Source: Thermoflexales bacterium
GTDB taxonomy: Bacteria; Chloroflexota; Anaerolineae; B4-G1; DUEL01
Assembly: GCA_037445395.1 (NCBI GenBank)
Contig: JBBIKR010000027.1
Location: 1 to 38,076 of the forward strand
Reading direction: 5' to 3'
DNA: 38,076 nucleotides
The notes under the pieces were generated by a model. The model ran no database searches. It was given only the letters and a program-made list of their open reading frames with translations, and was not told the origin of the DNA. The translations under genes were made by a program, and so were the position numbers. Positions 18,325 through 26,163 of the stretch are shown here, piece by piece (within the stretch, counting starts at the first letter, position 1; every line of letters begins with the position of its first letter).

Positions 18325-20319
18325 ATGGCCTGGATTGTCGCCGCAGAAACGGTGGTCATTGCCGCCCTCGCGCAACTGCTCCTGGTCCGGCAGGTGTGGC
18401 TGGGACTGCTGGCCTGGGGGGCAGCGGTGACGCTGTGGCTGCAGGCGGCGCGCAGGGAGCACCGGCTGATCGGTGAAGCGCTACCGCTCCCGGAGCCACT
18501 CCCCTCCACCCAACTCCGGCGTATCTCCCGCCAGCGGCTCATCCTGCTGGGCGTCAGCGCGATCGCGACGGCGGTGAACATCCTCTATTCCCGGGATAAC
18601 AACTTTGAGGCGGTCGGCCTGATCTCCTGGGGACTCAGTGTGGGTGCCCTGATGGCCGCCTTCTGGGAAGGCCCACGCCCAGGGCTTTCTCCTTCGTGGT
18701 GCGGGATAGACCGGCGGGGGTGGTGGCTTTCCTGGGAAGGGGTCGCGTTGACATCGCTACTGGCACTGGGCGCGTTCTTCCGCCTGTGGCGTCTCCATCA
18801 GGTCCCCCCGGAGCAGACCTACGACCACGCCTTTAACCTTCTGGACCTCTACGACCTGCAGCGGTTCCCGGAGAAGCCCGTCTTCTTCCCCCGGAATATG
18901 GGGCGCGAGCCTGCCTTCTTCTACTGGGCCGCGGCCGTCATCCCTCTGGCGGGGATGGAACTCGGGCTGGACGGCCTCAAACTGGCGTCTGCGCTGGTGG
19001 GGCTGTTGACCCTTCTCGGCGTATACCGGATGACCCGGGAGGTTTACGGGCCATGGGTAGCGTTCTGGGCGACGTTGCTGACCGCCGTGGCGAGTTGGCC
19101 GGTGATTCTCAGCCGGTTGGGGCTCCGTTGCTGTATGGCCCCTCTGGCCAGCGCGTGGGCCTTCTACTTCATGTTACGCGGGCTACGCTCCGGCCACCGC
19201 AACGATTTCCTCTGGCTGGGGCTGATTCTGGGCGCGGGGATGTACACCTACACGGCCTTCCGTATTGTGCCCTTAGCGGTTGCACTCTGCTGGGCCGTGG
19301 TGTGGCTGACCGCGCGCCGACAGGAACTGGGGCGTCGCCTGCGCTGGGAAAACCTCGCCCTGACGGTGCTGACCGCGCTCCTGGTTTCCATCCCGCTGGC
19401 CGGTATGGCCCTGGTGGACCCGCACTCCTTCTGGATGCGCACGTCCTGGTATGTGGAGGACTACCCGCACGTGGAGCGTCCCCTCCTTGTTTTCCTGTAT
19501 AACCTGAAGAATCTGGCATTGATGTTTCACTGGCGTGGGGATACGGCAGCCATTACCTCCCTGCCAGGACAACCGGTGCTGGACCCGATCCTCGGCGGTC
19601 TGCTGGGGTTGGGAACGGTCGTCGTCATCGGGCGTATCGCCCGCCGTCGTAACACGGACGTCCTCAGCCTGGGACTGGTCGTGGCCGGGGCCGTCAGCAT
19701 GCTCCCCTCGGCGCTGGCTCTTTCCCATCCCGGCGAAAACCCCAGCGTGATGCGGACCAGTTGTGCCATTCCGGTCGTCTTCGCGGTGGCCGCGCTCCCC
19801 ATGGGCCTGTGGACGCAGGGGATATGGGCGAATATGACCCAACGCCGGCCGCGTGTCCTGGCAGGAATTGCCGTCGCTGTTCTGATCGCCGCTCTGGTCG
19901 GGGTCAATTTCCATCGGGTATTCGTGCGCTACGCGGACGCGTACCGCCGTGTGGTGCTGGATATTGACCCACTGATTACGGCCATTCGGGGGTTTGCGGC
20001 GACCGTTGGTTCAGCAGAAAAAGTCTATGCCATCGCATGCGGGGGATGGCTGGACCCCCAGATCATCGCCTTTCAACTGGGAGTACCCCGCTGGCCCCAT
20101 TGCCTGGAGAACGCGGAAGCGGCCGCGGACCATGCCGGAGGCGCGCGAATGTATCTCCTGTATCCCTATGACGACGAGAACCTGCAACGGCTGGAACAAC
20201 TGTTCCCCGAATGCACGGCACGCCTGTATGATTCCCCGGAAGATCGGGATTTTATCGCTTATATCTGCCTCTCGGCTTCCGGGAATAGAGAGGCAACTGC
20301 TGATAGGGTAGAGCCCTGA
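18325..20319 (+). CDS. Polytopic membrane protein, putative GT-C fold (ArnT/PMT-like) glycosyltransferase
   Basis: More than 10 hydrophobic segments with an architecture like GT39/GT83 enzymes. Start set at ATG 18325 because TTG 18283 lies in the terminator hairpin. The function comes from architecture only. Confidence 0.55.
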   Translation: MAWIVAAETVVIAALAQLLLVRQVWLGLLAWGAAVTLWLQAARREHRLIGEALPLPEPLPSTQLRRISRQRLILLGVSAIATAVNILYSRDNNFEAVGLISWGLSVGALMAAFWEGPRPGLSPSWCGIDRRGWWLSWEGVALTSLLALGAFFRLWRLHQVPPEQTYDHAFNLLDLYDLQRFPEKPVFFPRNMGREPAFFYWAAAVIPLAGMELGLDGLKLASALVGLLTLLGVYRMTREVYGPWVAFWATLLTAVASWPVILSRLGLRCCMAPLASAWAFYFMLRGLRSGHRNDFLWLGLILGAGMYTYTAFRIVPLAVALCWAVVWLTARRQELGRRLRWENLALTVLTALLVSIPLAGMALVDPHSFWMRTSWYVEDYPHVERPLLVFLYNLKNLALMFHWRGDTAAITSLPGQPVLDPILGGLLGLGTVVVIGRIARRRNTDVLSLGLVVAGAVSMLPSALALSHPGENPSVMRTSCAIPVVFAVAALPMGLWTQGIWANMTQRRPRVLAGIAVAVLIAALVGVNFHRVFVRYADAYRRVVLDIDPLITAIRGFAATVGSAEKVYAIACGGWLDPQIIAFQLGVPRWPHCLENAEAAADHAGGARMYLLYPYDDENLQRLEQLFPECTARLYDSPEDRDFIAYICLSASGNREATADRVEP

Positions 20320-20328
20320 GGAGGGCCC

Positions 20329-21270
20329 ATGCGCTTCCTGATTACCGGTGGCGCCGGATTCCTGGGGGCAGCGCTGGCCAACCGGCTGGCCTCCGAGGGG
20401 CATCAGGTCCGGGTCATAGACGACCTGAGTGCCGGTGACCCCTCCCGGCTGGACGGCCGCGTCCTCTTCACGCGCGGGAGCGTCCTGGACCGGCCCAAAC
20501 TCTGGACCCTCCTGCAGGATGTGGACTGCGTCTACCACCTGGCCGCGCGCGTCCTGGTGGCCGAATCCGTCCTCTACCCGCGCGAGTACAACGAAGTCAA
20601 CGTCGGCGGGACGGTCACCCTGATGGAGGCCATCCGGGATGCCGGGGTGCGGCGGGTGGTGCTGGCCTCCTCCGGCGCCGTCTACGGCGAACAGCCCGCC
20701 CAGCCGGTGCGGGAGGATGCTCCGCCCAACCCCCAGTCCCCCTACGCGGTGAGCAAACTGGCCGCGGAGTACTACGTCCGCACCATCGGCGCCCTGTGGG
20801 GGATTGAGACCGTCATCCTGCGCATCTTCAACGCCTACGGCCCCGGCCAGAATCTGCCGCCGTCCCACCCTCCGGTCGTTCCCCGTTTCCTGCAGCAGGC
20901 GGTGCGGGGTGGGACCCTGGTCATCTTCGGCGGTGGCAACCAGACCCGCGACTTCGTCTATGTGGACGACGTGGTGGACGCGCTGGTCGCCGCCGCCACC
21001 GCCCCGGACGCGGACCGCCGCATTATCAACGTTGGCTCCGGGCAGGAGACCTCCATCAACGAACTGGCATTGCTGGTCCTGAAAGTGGTCGGGCGGGATG
21101 TGGAGACGATCCACAGCCCCGCTCAGGGCGGCGGCGTCTCCCGCCTCTGCGCCGACATCACCCTGGCCCGCCGCCTCCTGAACTACCGGCCCCGCATCAG
21201 CCTGGAGGAGGGCCTGCGGTTAACTCTGAAAAGGGACCCCCGCTTCGCCCATGGTGCGCCTCCCCCGTGA
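20329..21270 (+). CDS. NAD-dependent epimerase/dehydratase (extended SDR, UDP-sugar 4-epimerase/decarboxylase-like)
   Basis: ITGGAGFLG Rossmann motif, catalytic SPYAVSKLAAE (YxxxK), GAGGAGGG RBS. Confidence 0.9.
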   Translation: MRFLITGGAGFLGAALANRLASEGHQVRVIDDLSAGDPSRLDGRVLFTRGSVLDRPKLWTLLQDVDCVYHLAARVLVAESVLYPREYNEVNVGGTVTLMEAIRDAGVRRVVLASSGAVYGEQPAQPVREDAPPNPQSPYAVSKLAAEYYVRTIGALWGIETVILRIFNAYGPGQNLPPSHPPVVPRFLQQAVRGGTLVIFGGGNQTRDFVYVDDVVDALVAAATAPDADRRIINVGSGQETSINELALLVLKVVGRDVETIHSPAQGGGVSRLCADITLARRLLNYRPRISLEEGLRLTLKRDPRFAHGAPPP

Positions 21271-21844
21271 GTTCTTTGACCGCGATACCCTGCGGGTCGC
21301 CCGCGACCTCCTGGGCCGGGTCCTGGTGCGCCTGCTGGACGGGGAACGGCTCAGCGGGCGCATCGTGGAAGTAGAGGCCTACATCGGCGAGGACGACCTG
21401 GCCTCCCACGCCCGCTTCGGCCGCACCGAGCGCAACGCCGCCATGTACGGTCCTCCCGGCTGTGCCTACGTCTACCAGATTTACGGCCTCCATCACTGCC
21501 TGAACATCGTCACTGAACGGGAGGGGTTCCCGGCGGCGGTGCTGATCCGGGCCCTGGAGCCGCTGGAGGGGCTGGAGACTATGCGGGCCCGGCGCGGCGG
21601 CGTCCCCGACCCTCTCCTGACCAGCGGGCCGGCCCGCCTCTGCCAGGCAATGGGTATTGACCGCGCCCTGGATAAGGCCGACCTCTGCACCCCCGATGCC
21701 GTCCTTTTTGTGGAGGACGGGCCCCCCATCCCCGACGACGCGGTGATGACCAGCCCGCGCGTCGGTGTCCGGGGCGACCACCGGGCCCGTACCGTCCCCT
21801 GGCGGTTCTACGTCTGGAACCACCCCTGTGTTTCCAGGCGGTAA
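21251..21844 (+). CDS. mpg: DNA-3-methyladenine glycosylase (Mpg/AAG family)
   Basis: 197 aa with FFDRDTLRVARDLLGRVLV...GRIVEVEAYIGEDDLASHA...YGLHHCLNIV, typical of the AAG fold. Overlaps the epimerase 3' end by 20 nt. Confidence 0.88.
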   Translation: MVRLPREFFDRDTLRVARDLLGRVLVRLLDGERLSGRIVEVEAYIGEDDLASHARFGRTERNAAMYGPPGCAYVYQIYGLHHCLNIVTEREGFPAAVLIRALEPLEGLETMRARRGGVPDPLLTSGPARLCQAMGIDRALDKADLCTPDAVLFVEDGPPIPDDAVMTSPRVGVRGDHRARTVPWRFYVWNHPCVSRR

Positions 21845-21851
21845 ACGAGAC

Positions 21852-24692
21852 ATGTCCACTCACAGCCCGGTTCCCGCGAGTTCCCCGCGCCCGACTTCCT
21901 TTCTGCGTCCTGCTTTCCGCTTCCTGTTTCTGGCCTCCTGCCTCCTCTTCGCCCTGGCCCTGCGCGCGTGGGAACTGGACCGCTGGAGTTTATGGTACGA
22001 CGAGGCCTACTGCTGGTGGGTCGCCTCGCAGGTGCCTCTGGGGGAAATGCTCCGCCTCAGCGCGCGGGAGGTCATCCCGCCCCTGTACTACCTCCTTCTG
22101 CGGCTCTGGATTCCCCTGGCCGGTGCCACGGAATTCGCCCTGCGCTGGCCATCGGTGCTGCTGGGGGTGCTGACCGTCGCCGGTGCGGTGCGGCTGGCAT
22201 GGCGACTGACCGGTAGCGGCATGGGGGCTGTGGCGGCCGCCCTTCTCTTCGCCGTTGGCACGCCCTTCCTCTGGGCCTCCCGCGAGGTGCGCATGTACGG
22301 CCCCCTTCTGGCCTGGACCCTGCTGGCGGATGTGGCGTTGCTGGAGGTCTTCACCGCCCCTCCGGTGCGCCATCGCTTCTGGGCCTGGCTCTGGGCCGGA
22401 GCGACCTTCGCCGCGCTCTACACCCTGGCCACGGCTCCCTTCTGGCTCATCGGTCAGGGGCTGATCGCTCTTCTCCTCCTGACCGAACACACCATACGGA
22501 ATACGAAACACGGAATACGGAATACGCAATACGTATTCCGTATTCCGTACTCCGTGTTTTGTGTCCCCTCCCTCCGCGCGCTCCTGCCCCCCGCCCTGAC
22601 GGTCGCCGTCCTCTACCTCCCCTGGGTCTGGGTGTCGGTGAAAATGGCCCCTCAGGCCCAGACCTACTGGCACGGCTTCATGCCCCCATTGTACCTGCTA
22701 CGCCTCTCCGTCGGTGGCCTGACGGTCATGGAGCATCTCCCGTCGGAGATCGCCGAAGGCGCGGCCGGGCTGATCCTGCTCTCCGCCATGGCCGCGCTGC
22801 TCCTGGGGCGACCCTCCCTGCGGGCCGGACTCTACCCGCTCCTCTATCTGATCCCGCTGGGACTCATCGCCCATCTGTTCCGCCAGACCCCCAAATGGGG
22901 GCCCCGGCACGCCACCCTCTTCGCCCCGGCGGTCTACCTGGCCTTTGTTGTCGGCTGGGGCACCCTGGGCCGCTGGCGGTCCCTCTGGCTGCGCGCGGTG
23001 CTGGTCGTCCCGCTGGCCCTCGGCACCGCCCTGGCGGGCTGGCTCATCCTCCAGGCCGACCGTAACCTGCTGACCGACCCGCAGTTTGCCCGAGGGGACT
23101 GGCGCGCTGCGGCCCGCTACGTCCAGGAACACCGACGGCCGGGAGAGGTCGTCATCGTGGAGACCGGCTCCGTCTTCCCGACGTGGCTGTACTACGCCGG
23201 AGACGCAGGACTGCTACCGATGCCCGACGACCCGCTGCTGGACGTCACCCATGTGCTCACCTACACAGGGGTGGCGCAGGAACTGAACCGGGTCCTGGCC
23301 GATGCCCCCGGCGTCTGGCTGGTCACCTGGCTGGACCACGTGACCGACCCGACGCGGCTGGTCGCCACGATGCTGGAGGACGTGGGACGGGAAGAGACGG
23401 TGCCCGGGTTCCGGGGGGTGGGCGTGCGCCACTTCCTCCTGGACCGGCCCCCCCAATTCCCTCCAGAACCCCCGACGACCGCGCGCCCCGATGTGGAGGT
23501 ACTGCCCGGTATCCGCCTCTGGGGGTACTCTCTGCCCGAGGCGCCCCATCCGGCCGACCAGCCTCTCCCCCTGCGGGTCTGGTGGGTCACCGACGACCCC
23601 GCGCCCCACGCCGGGCGCGTCTACATGGCTTCCTTCCGGCTGGTGGACGCGCTGGGCACCGAATGGGGCCAGGACGACCGCATTGTCACCGACGGCGACT
23701 ATCGGCCGGAGCGCTGGCCGCCGGATACCCCCATCTTCGGGCGCTTCTTCCTGCAACTCCCCGCGGGCATCCCGCCGGGGGTCTATACCCCGACTCTGAG
23801 GCTGGTCACCCCCGACGCGTCGGGAATGGTGGCTCTGCGGCCCGTGGTGATCGCCCATCCGGCCAGCCCTCCCCCGATGCCCCCGGAATTCTCCCCACCC
23901 CGCGCGGCGGATAGGGCTGCTCCCCTGAATCTCATGGGAGTCCATCTTTTCCAGAGCGAAGCCATGCCCTGCCGCAGAATTGTCGGCGAACTCTTCTGGG
24001 AAGTACGGGAGACCGTTCGGGAGGAGTACCGGATTGAGGTCGCCGCGGGGGAACATCGGGAGGAAAACCCGCTGGCTCCTGCGGATTCCCTGGCCCTGCT
24101 CCGTCCGGGCGACCGCTTTCGCTCCTACTTCCAGTTAACCTTCCCCTGCCGGGCGCTGGACCTGGAGGCACCGCTGGAGGTCCGCCTGGTGCGGGCCAAC
24201 GGGACCGAAACGGGCGGGGTCTGGTACGGCCCGCCGGTCACCGTGCGGACGGAGCGGGTCTTCGCCGAACCGACGGTGCCCTACGAGCCCCTGGGGGCCG
24301 AATTCGGGCCGGGATTCGCCACCCTGCTGGGGTACCGGATAGACCCGCCCCAGGTGCGCGCGGGCGAACCATTCACCGTCACCCTGATCTGGCGGGCGGG
24401 TTTCACCGACGACACTCCCCGGTCGGTCTTCGTCCACATTGCCCCGCCCGGCGCGCCCACGTCGCTGGTCGCCCAGCACGACGGCTGGCCCGCGCGGAAC
24501 GCCCGGCCCACCCACACCTGGGTCAACGGCGAAGTCATCCTGGACCCCCACCCGCTGTCGGGGATCCCTGCCGGAAGGTACCAGATTCGGGTGGGCCTCT
24601 ACGTTCCGGGTGGGGAGCGGATGCCCGTCACCGTCGGGCCGGAAAGCCCGCCGGACCGGGCGCTGAGTTTCCCCCTGGAGGTTCGTGAGTGA
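21852..24692 (+). CDS. Large membrane protein: N-terminal GT-C-like glycosyltransferase domain plus a roughly 500-aa extracytoplasmic C-terminal domain
   Basis: ATG 21852 lies 7 nt after the mpg stop. First-loop motif WSLWYDEAYCWW and many TM segments up to about residue 440. Carries an in-frame palindromic insertion at 22503-22562. Confidence 0.6.
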   Translation: MSTHSPVPASSPRPTSFLRPAFRFLFLASCLLFALALRAWELDRWSLWYDEAYCWWVASQVPLGEMLRLSAREVIPPLYYLLLRLWIPLAGATEFALRWPSVLLGVLTVAGAVRLAWRLTGSGMGAVAAALLFAVGTPFLWASREVRMYGPLLAWTLLADVALLEVFTAPPVRHRFWAWLWAGATFAALYTLATAPFWLIGQGLIALLLLTEHTIRNTKHGIRNTQYVFRIPYSVFCVPSLRALLPPALTVAVLYLPWVWVSVKMAPQAQTYWHGFMPPLYLLRLSVGGLTVMEHLPSEIAEGAAGLILLSAMAALLLGRPSLRAGLYPLLYLIPLGLIAHLFRQTPKWGPRHATLFAPAVYLAFVVGWGTLGRWRSLWLRAVLVVPLALGTALAGWLILQADRNLLTDPQFARGDWRAAARYVQEHRRPGEVVIVETGSVFPTWLYYAGDAGLLPMPDDPLLDVTHVLTYTGVAQELNRVLADAPGVWLVTWLDHVTDPTRLVATMLEDVGREETVPGFRGVGVRHFLLDRPPQFPPEPPTTARPDVEVLPGIRLWGYSLPEAPHPADQPLPLRVWWVTDDPAPHAGRVYMASFRLVDALGTEWGQDDRIVTDGDYRPERWPPDTPIFGRFFLQLPAGIPPGVYTPTLRLVTPDASGMVALRPVVIAHPASPPPMPPEFSPPRAADRAAPLNLMGVHLFQSEAMPCRRIVGELFWEVRETVREEYRIEVAAGEHREENPLAPADSLALLRPGDRFRSYFQLTFPCRALDLEAPLEVRLVRANGTETGGVWYGPPVTVRTERVFAEPTVPYEPLGAEFGPGFATLLGYRIDPPQVRAGEPFTVTLIWRAGFTDDTPRSVFVHIAPPGAPTSLVAQHDGWPARNARPTHTWVNGEVILDPHPLSGIPAGRYQIRVGLYVPGGERMPVTVGPESPPDRALSFPLEVRE
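22503..22562. repeat. ACGGAATACG-type palindromic repeat inserted in frame within a CDS
   Basis: Arms of about 30 nt centred on 22532/22533 with 2 mismatches and 1 G:U pair. This AT-richer island encodes ...TIRNTKHGIRNTQYVFRIPYSVFCV... The same family occurs at 27531-27575. Confidence 0.85.
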
Positions 24693-25594
24693 CCGAAACG
24701 CACATCCGCTCCGGGTTCACCCGCGGTATCCTCATCTGTCTGGCGGGGACGGCCATCTGGTCCACGACCGCCATATTTATCGCCCATCTGAGCAACCATT
24801 ATCGGTTGCCGCCGCTGGTCCTGGCCTTCTGGCGCGACCTCTTCGTCGCACTGGGGCTGGCATTCGGGCTGAGCGCCATCCGGCCCTCCCTGCTGCGCAT
24901 TCCCCACCCCCGCCGCAACCTTGTCTTCTTTGTTGCCTACGGGTTCACCCTGGCCGTTTTCAACGCTCTGTGGACGACGTCCGTCGCCCTCAACGGCGCG
25001 GCGGTCGCCACGGTGCTGGTCTACAGTTCTCCTGCCTTCACGGCCCTGGCAGAGCGCCGCCTGTTTGGCGAGCGCTTCGGCCCAGCCCGTGTGGTGGCTC
25101 TGGTACTGAGTCTGGCGGGTTGTGTACTGGCCTCCGGCGCCTACGACCGGGATGCCTGGAGCGTGAACCCGCTGGGCATTGTCGTGGGGCTGAGCGGAGG
25201 GTGGGCATTTGCCGCCTACAGTCTCTTCGGCAAAGCGGCCCATCGTCGGGGAATTTCCCCCTGGACCGCCACTTTCGGTGCATTCACGACGGCGACCGCT
25301 TTCCTGCTCCTCCTGCAACACAGGGCCACCCTTTTCTGGCTGGGCCCTCAGGTGAGCGGGTGGGCCCTTCTGACAACCCTGGCGCTGGTACCGACCATCG
25401 GGGGGTACGGCCTGTACACCGTCAGCCTGGCCTACCTTCCCGCCGCCGTCGCCAACATCATCGTCACCCTGGAGCCGGTGATGACGGGCATGATGGCGTA
25501 CCTCATCCTGGGGGAACAGATGACTTCCGTCCAGTTGCTGGGCGGCGGGTTAATCCTGACCGGCGTCTTTCTGCTCCAGGGAGAGCGCCGGTGA
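24689..25594 (+). CDS. EamA/DMT-family transporter
   Basis: 301 aa with about 10 TM segments in two EamA-like halves. GTG start overlaps the upstream stop (GTGA). Confidence 0.85.
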   Translation: MTETHIRSGFTRGILICLAGTAIWSTTAIFIAHLSNHYRLPPLVLAFWRDLFVALGLAFGLSAIRPSLLRIPHPRRNLVFFVAYGFTLAVFNALWTTSVALNGAAVATVLVYSSPAFTALAERRLFGERFGPARVVALVLSLAGCVLASGAYDRDAWSVNPLGIVVGLSGGWAFAAYSLFGKAAHRRGISPWTATFGAFTTATAFLLLLQHRATLFWLGPQVSGWALLTTLALVPTIGGYGLYTVSLAYLPAAVANIIVTLEPVMTGMMAYLILGEQMTSVQLLGGGLILTGVFLLQGERR

Positions 25595-25689
25595 AGGCTC
25601 CTTTCTGGCCCACATGGGGTGAATTGCTGCGCAAGCCCCCCTTATGAACCAGGGCCTTTCAAAGAATTTACCATTCGCCTGCCCTACAC

Positions 25690-25785
25690 CCCTCACCCCA
25701 TCCCCTGCCCCCAGGTTCATCAAAAACTCTGAATCATTCGTGCCCCTCTCCCACCCGCCTTCGGCGGTGGGCGAGGGGAGGGGGA
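25690..25785 (-). repeat. About 95-bp hairpin-containing intergenic repeat, copy 2 (inverted relative to copy 1)
   Basis: See 25-118. It is flanked by further short inverted segments (cagggcctttcaaag at about 25650, ctttgaagagccctg at about 25831). Confidence 0.75.
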
Positions 25786-25855
25786 AGATAGGGAGGTGAG
25801 GGGTGGAAGCCAATTCATTTGCGTGAAAACTTTGAAGAGCCCTGCTTATGAACGC

Positions 25856-25884
25856 TTGCCAGTTTTCCGTGTTCAGGGTATACT
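25856..25884 (+). promoter_or_regulatory. Near-consensus sigma70 promoter upstream of yedE
   Basis: TTGCCA (25856-25861), 17 nt spacer, TATACT (25879-25884). It stands out in GC-rich sequence. Confidence 0.6.
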
Positions 25885-25890
25885 ATAGAC

Positions 25891-26163
25891 ACCTTCTCTG
25901 TCATCCTGGCATCAGCAAAGGGGTGAGAAATGACCCTCTGGTATCACCGCCGCACCTGATGGGAAGGTCGGGGCGCCGGTTGGCGCCCGCAGACCGCTGG
26001 GCTCATGTCCGGGGGCGGCGGGGATGCCGCACCCTGAGACCTCTACGGGCGCGTGCCTCCCGAGCCGCCGCCGGCGTGGGCCGACGGCGGCTTTTCGTTG
26101 CCCACGCCGTGCCCGGGCCGCCGCCCGGTCGCGTGGAGATTCCATCTCAAGGAGGTACGCACC
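25891..26163 (+). promoter_or_regulatory. Long, GC-rich, highly structured 5' leader of the yedE operon (candidate riboswitch or attenuator)
   Basis: Hairpins: GGGUGA-GAAA-UGACCC (25921-25936) and gggcgcc-GGUU-ggcgccc (25971-25988). Long-range pair ccgccgc (25947-53)/gcggcgg (26015-21). A terminator-like stem competes with a 9-bp alternative helix (26073-81/26100-08). Confidence 0.45.
26064..26095 (+). terminator. Terminator-like stem-loop plus U-tract inside the yedE leader (putative attenuator)
   Basis: gccgccg (26064-70) pairs with cggcggc (26085-91) and is followed by TTTT (26092-95). It is mutually exclusive with the helix ggcgtgggc/gcccacgcc. Confidence 0.4.

Noticed and set aside
21765-21851. 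Longer N-terminus for the large GT-C protein (ORF-track start 21765), overlapping mpg by 80 nt.
   Set aside because: ATG 21852, 7 nt after the mpg stop, precedes the first hydrophobic segment. The extension is an alternate-frame read of the mpg coding sequence.
26055-26066. gcctcccgagcc in the yedE leader resembles the CCUCCGAGCC core I recall from the Moco riboswitch.
   Set aside because: There is an extra C relative to my recollection, and I see no matching GGAAAGG-type 3' element or the expected helix arrangement. My memory of the consensus is imperfect. I keep the leader only as an unclassified candidate. An Rfam RF01055 scan would settle it.
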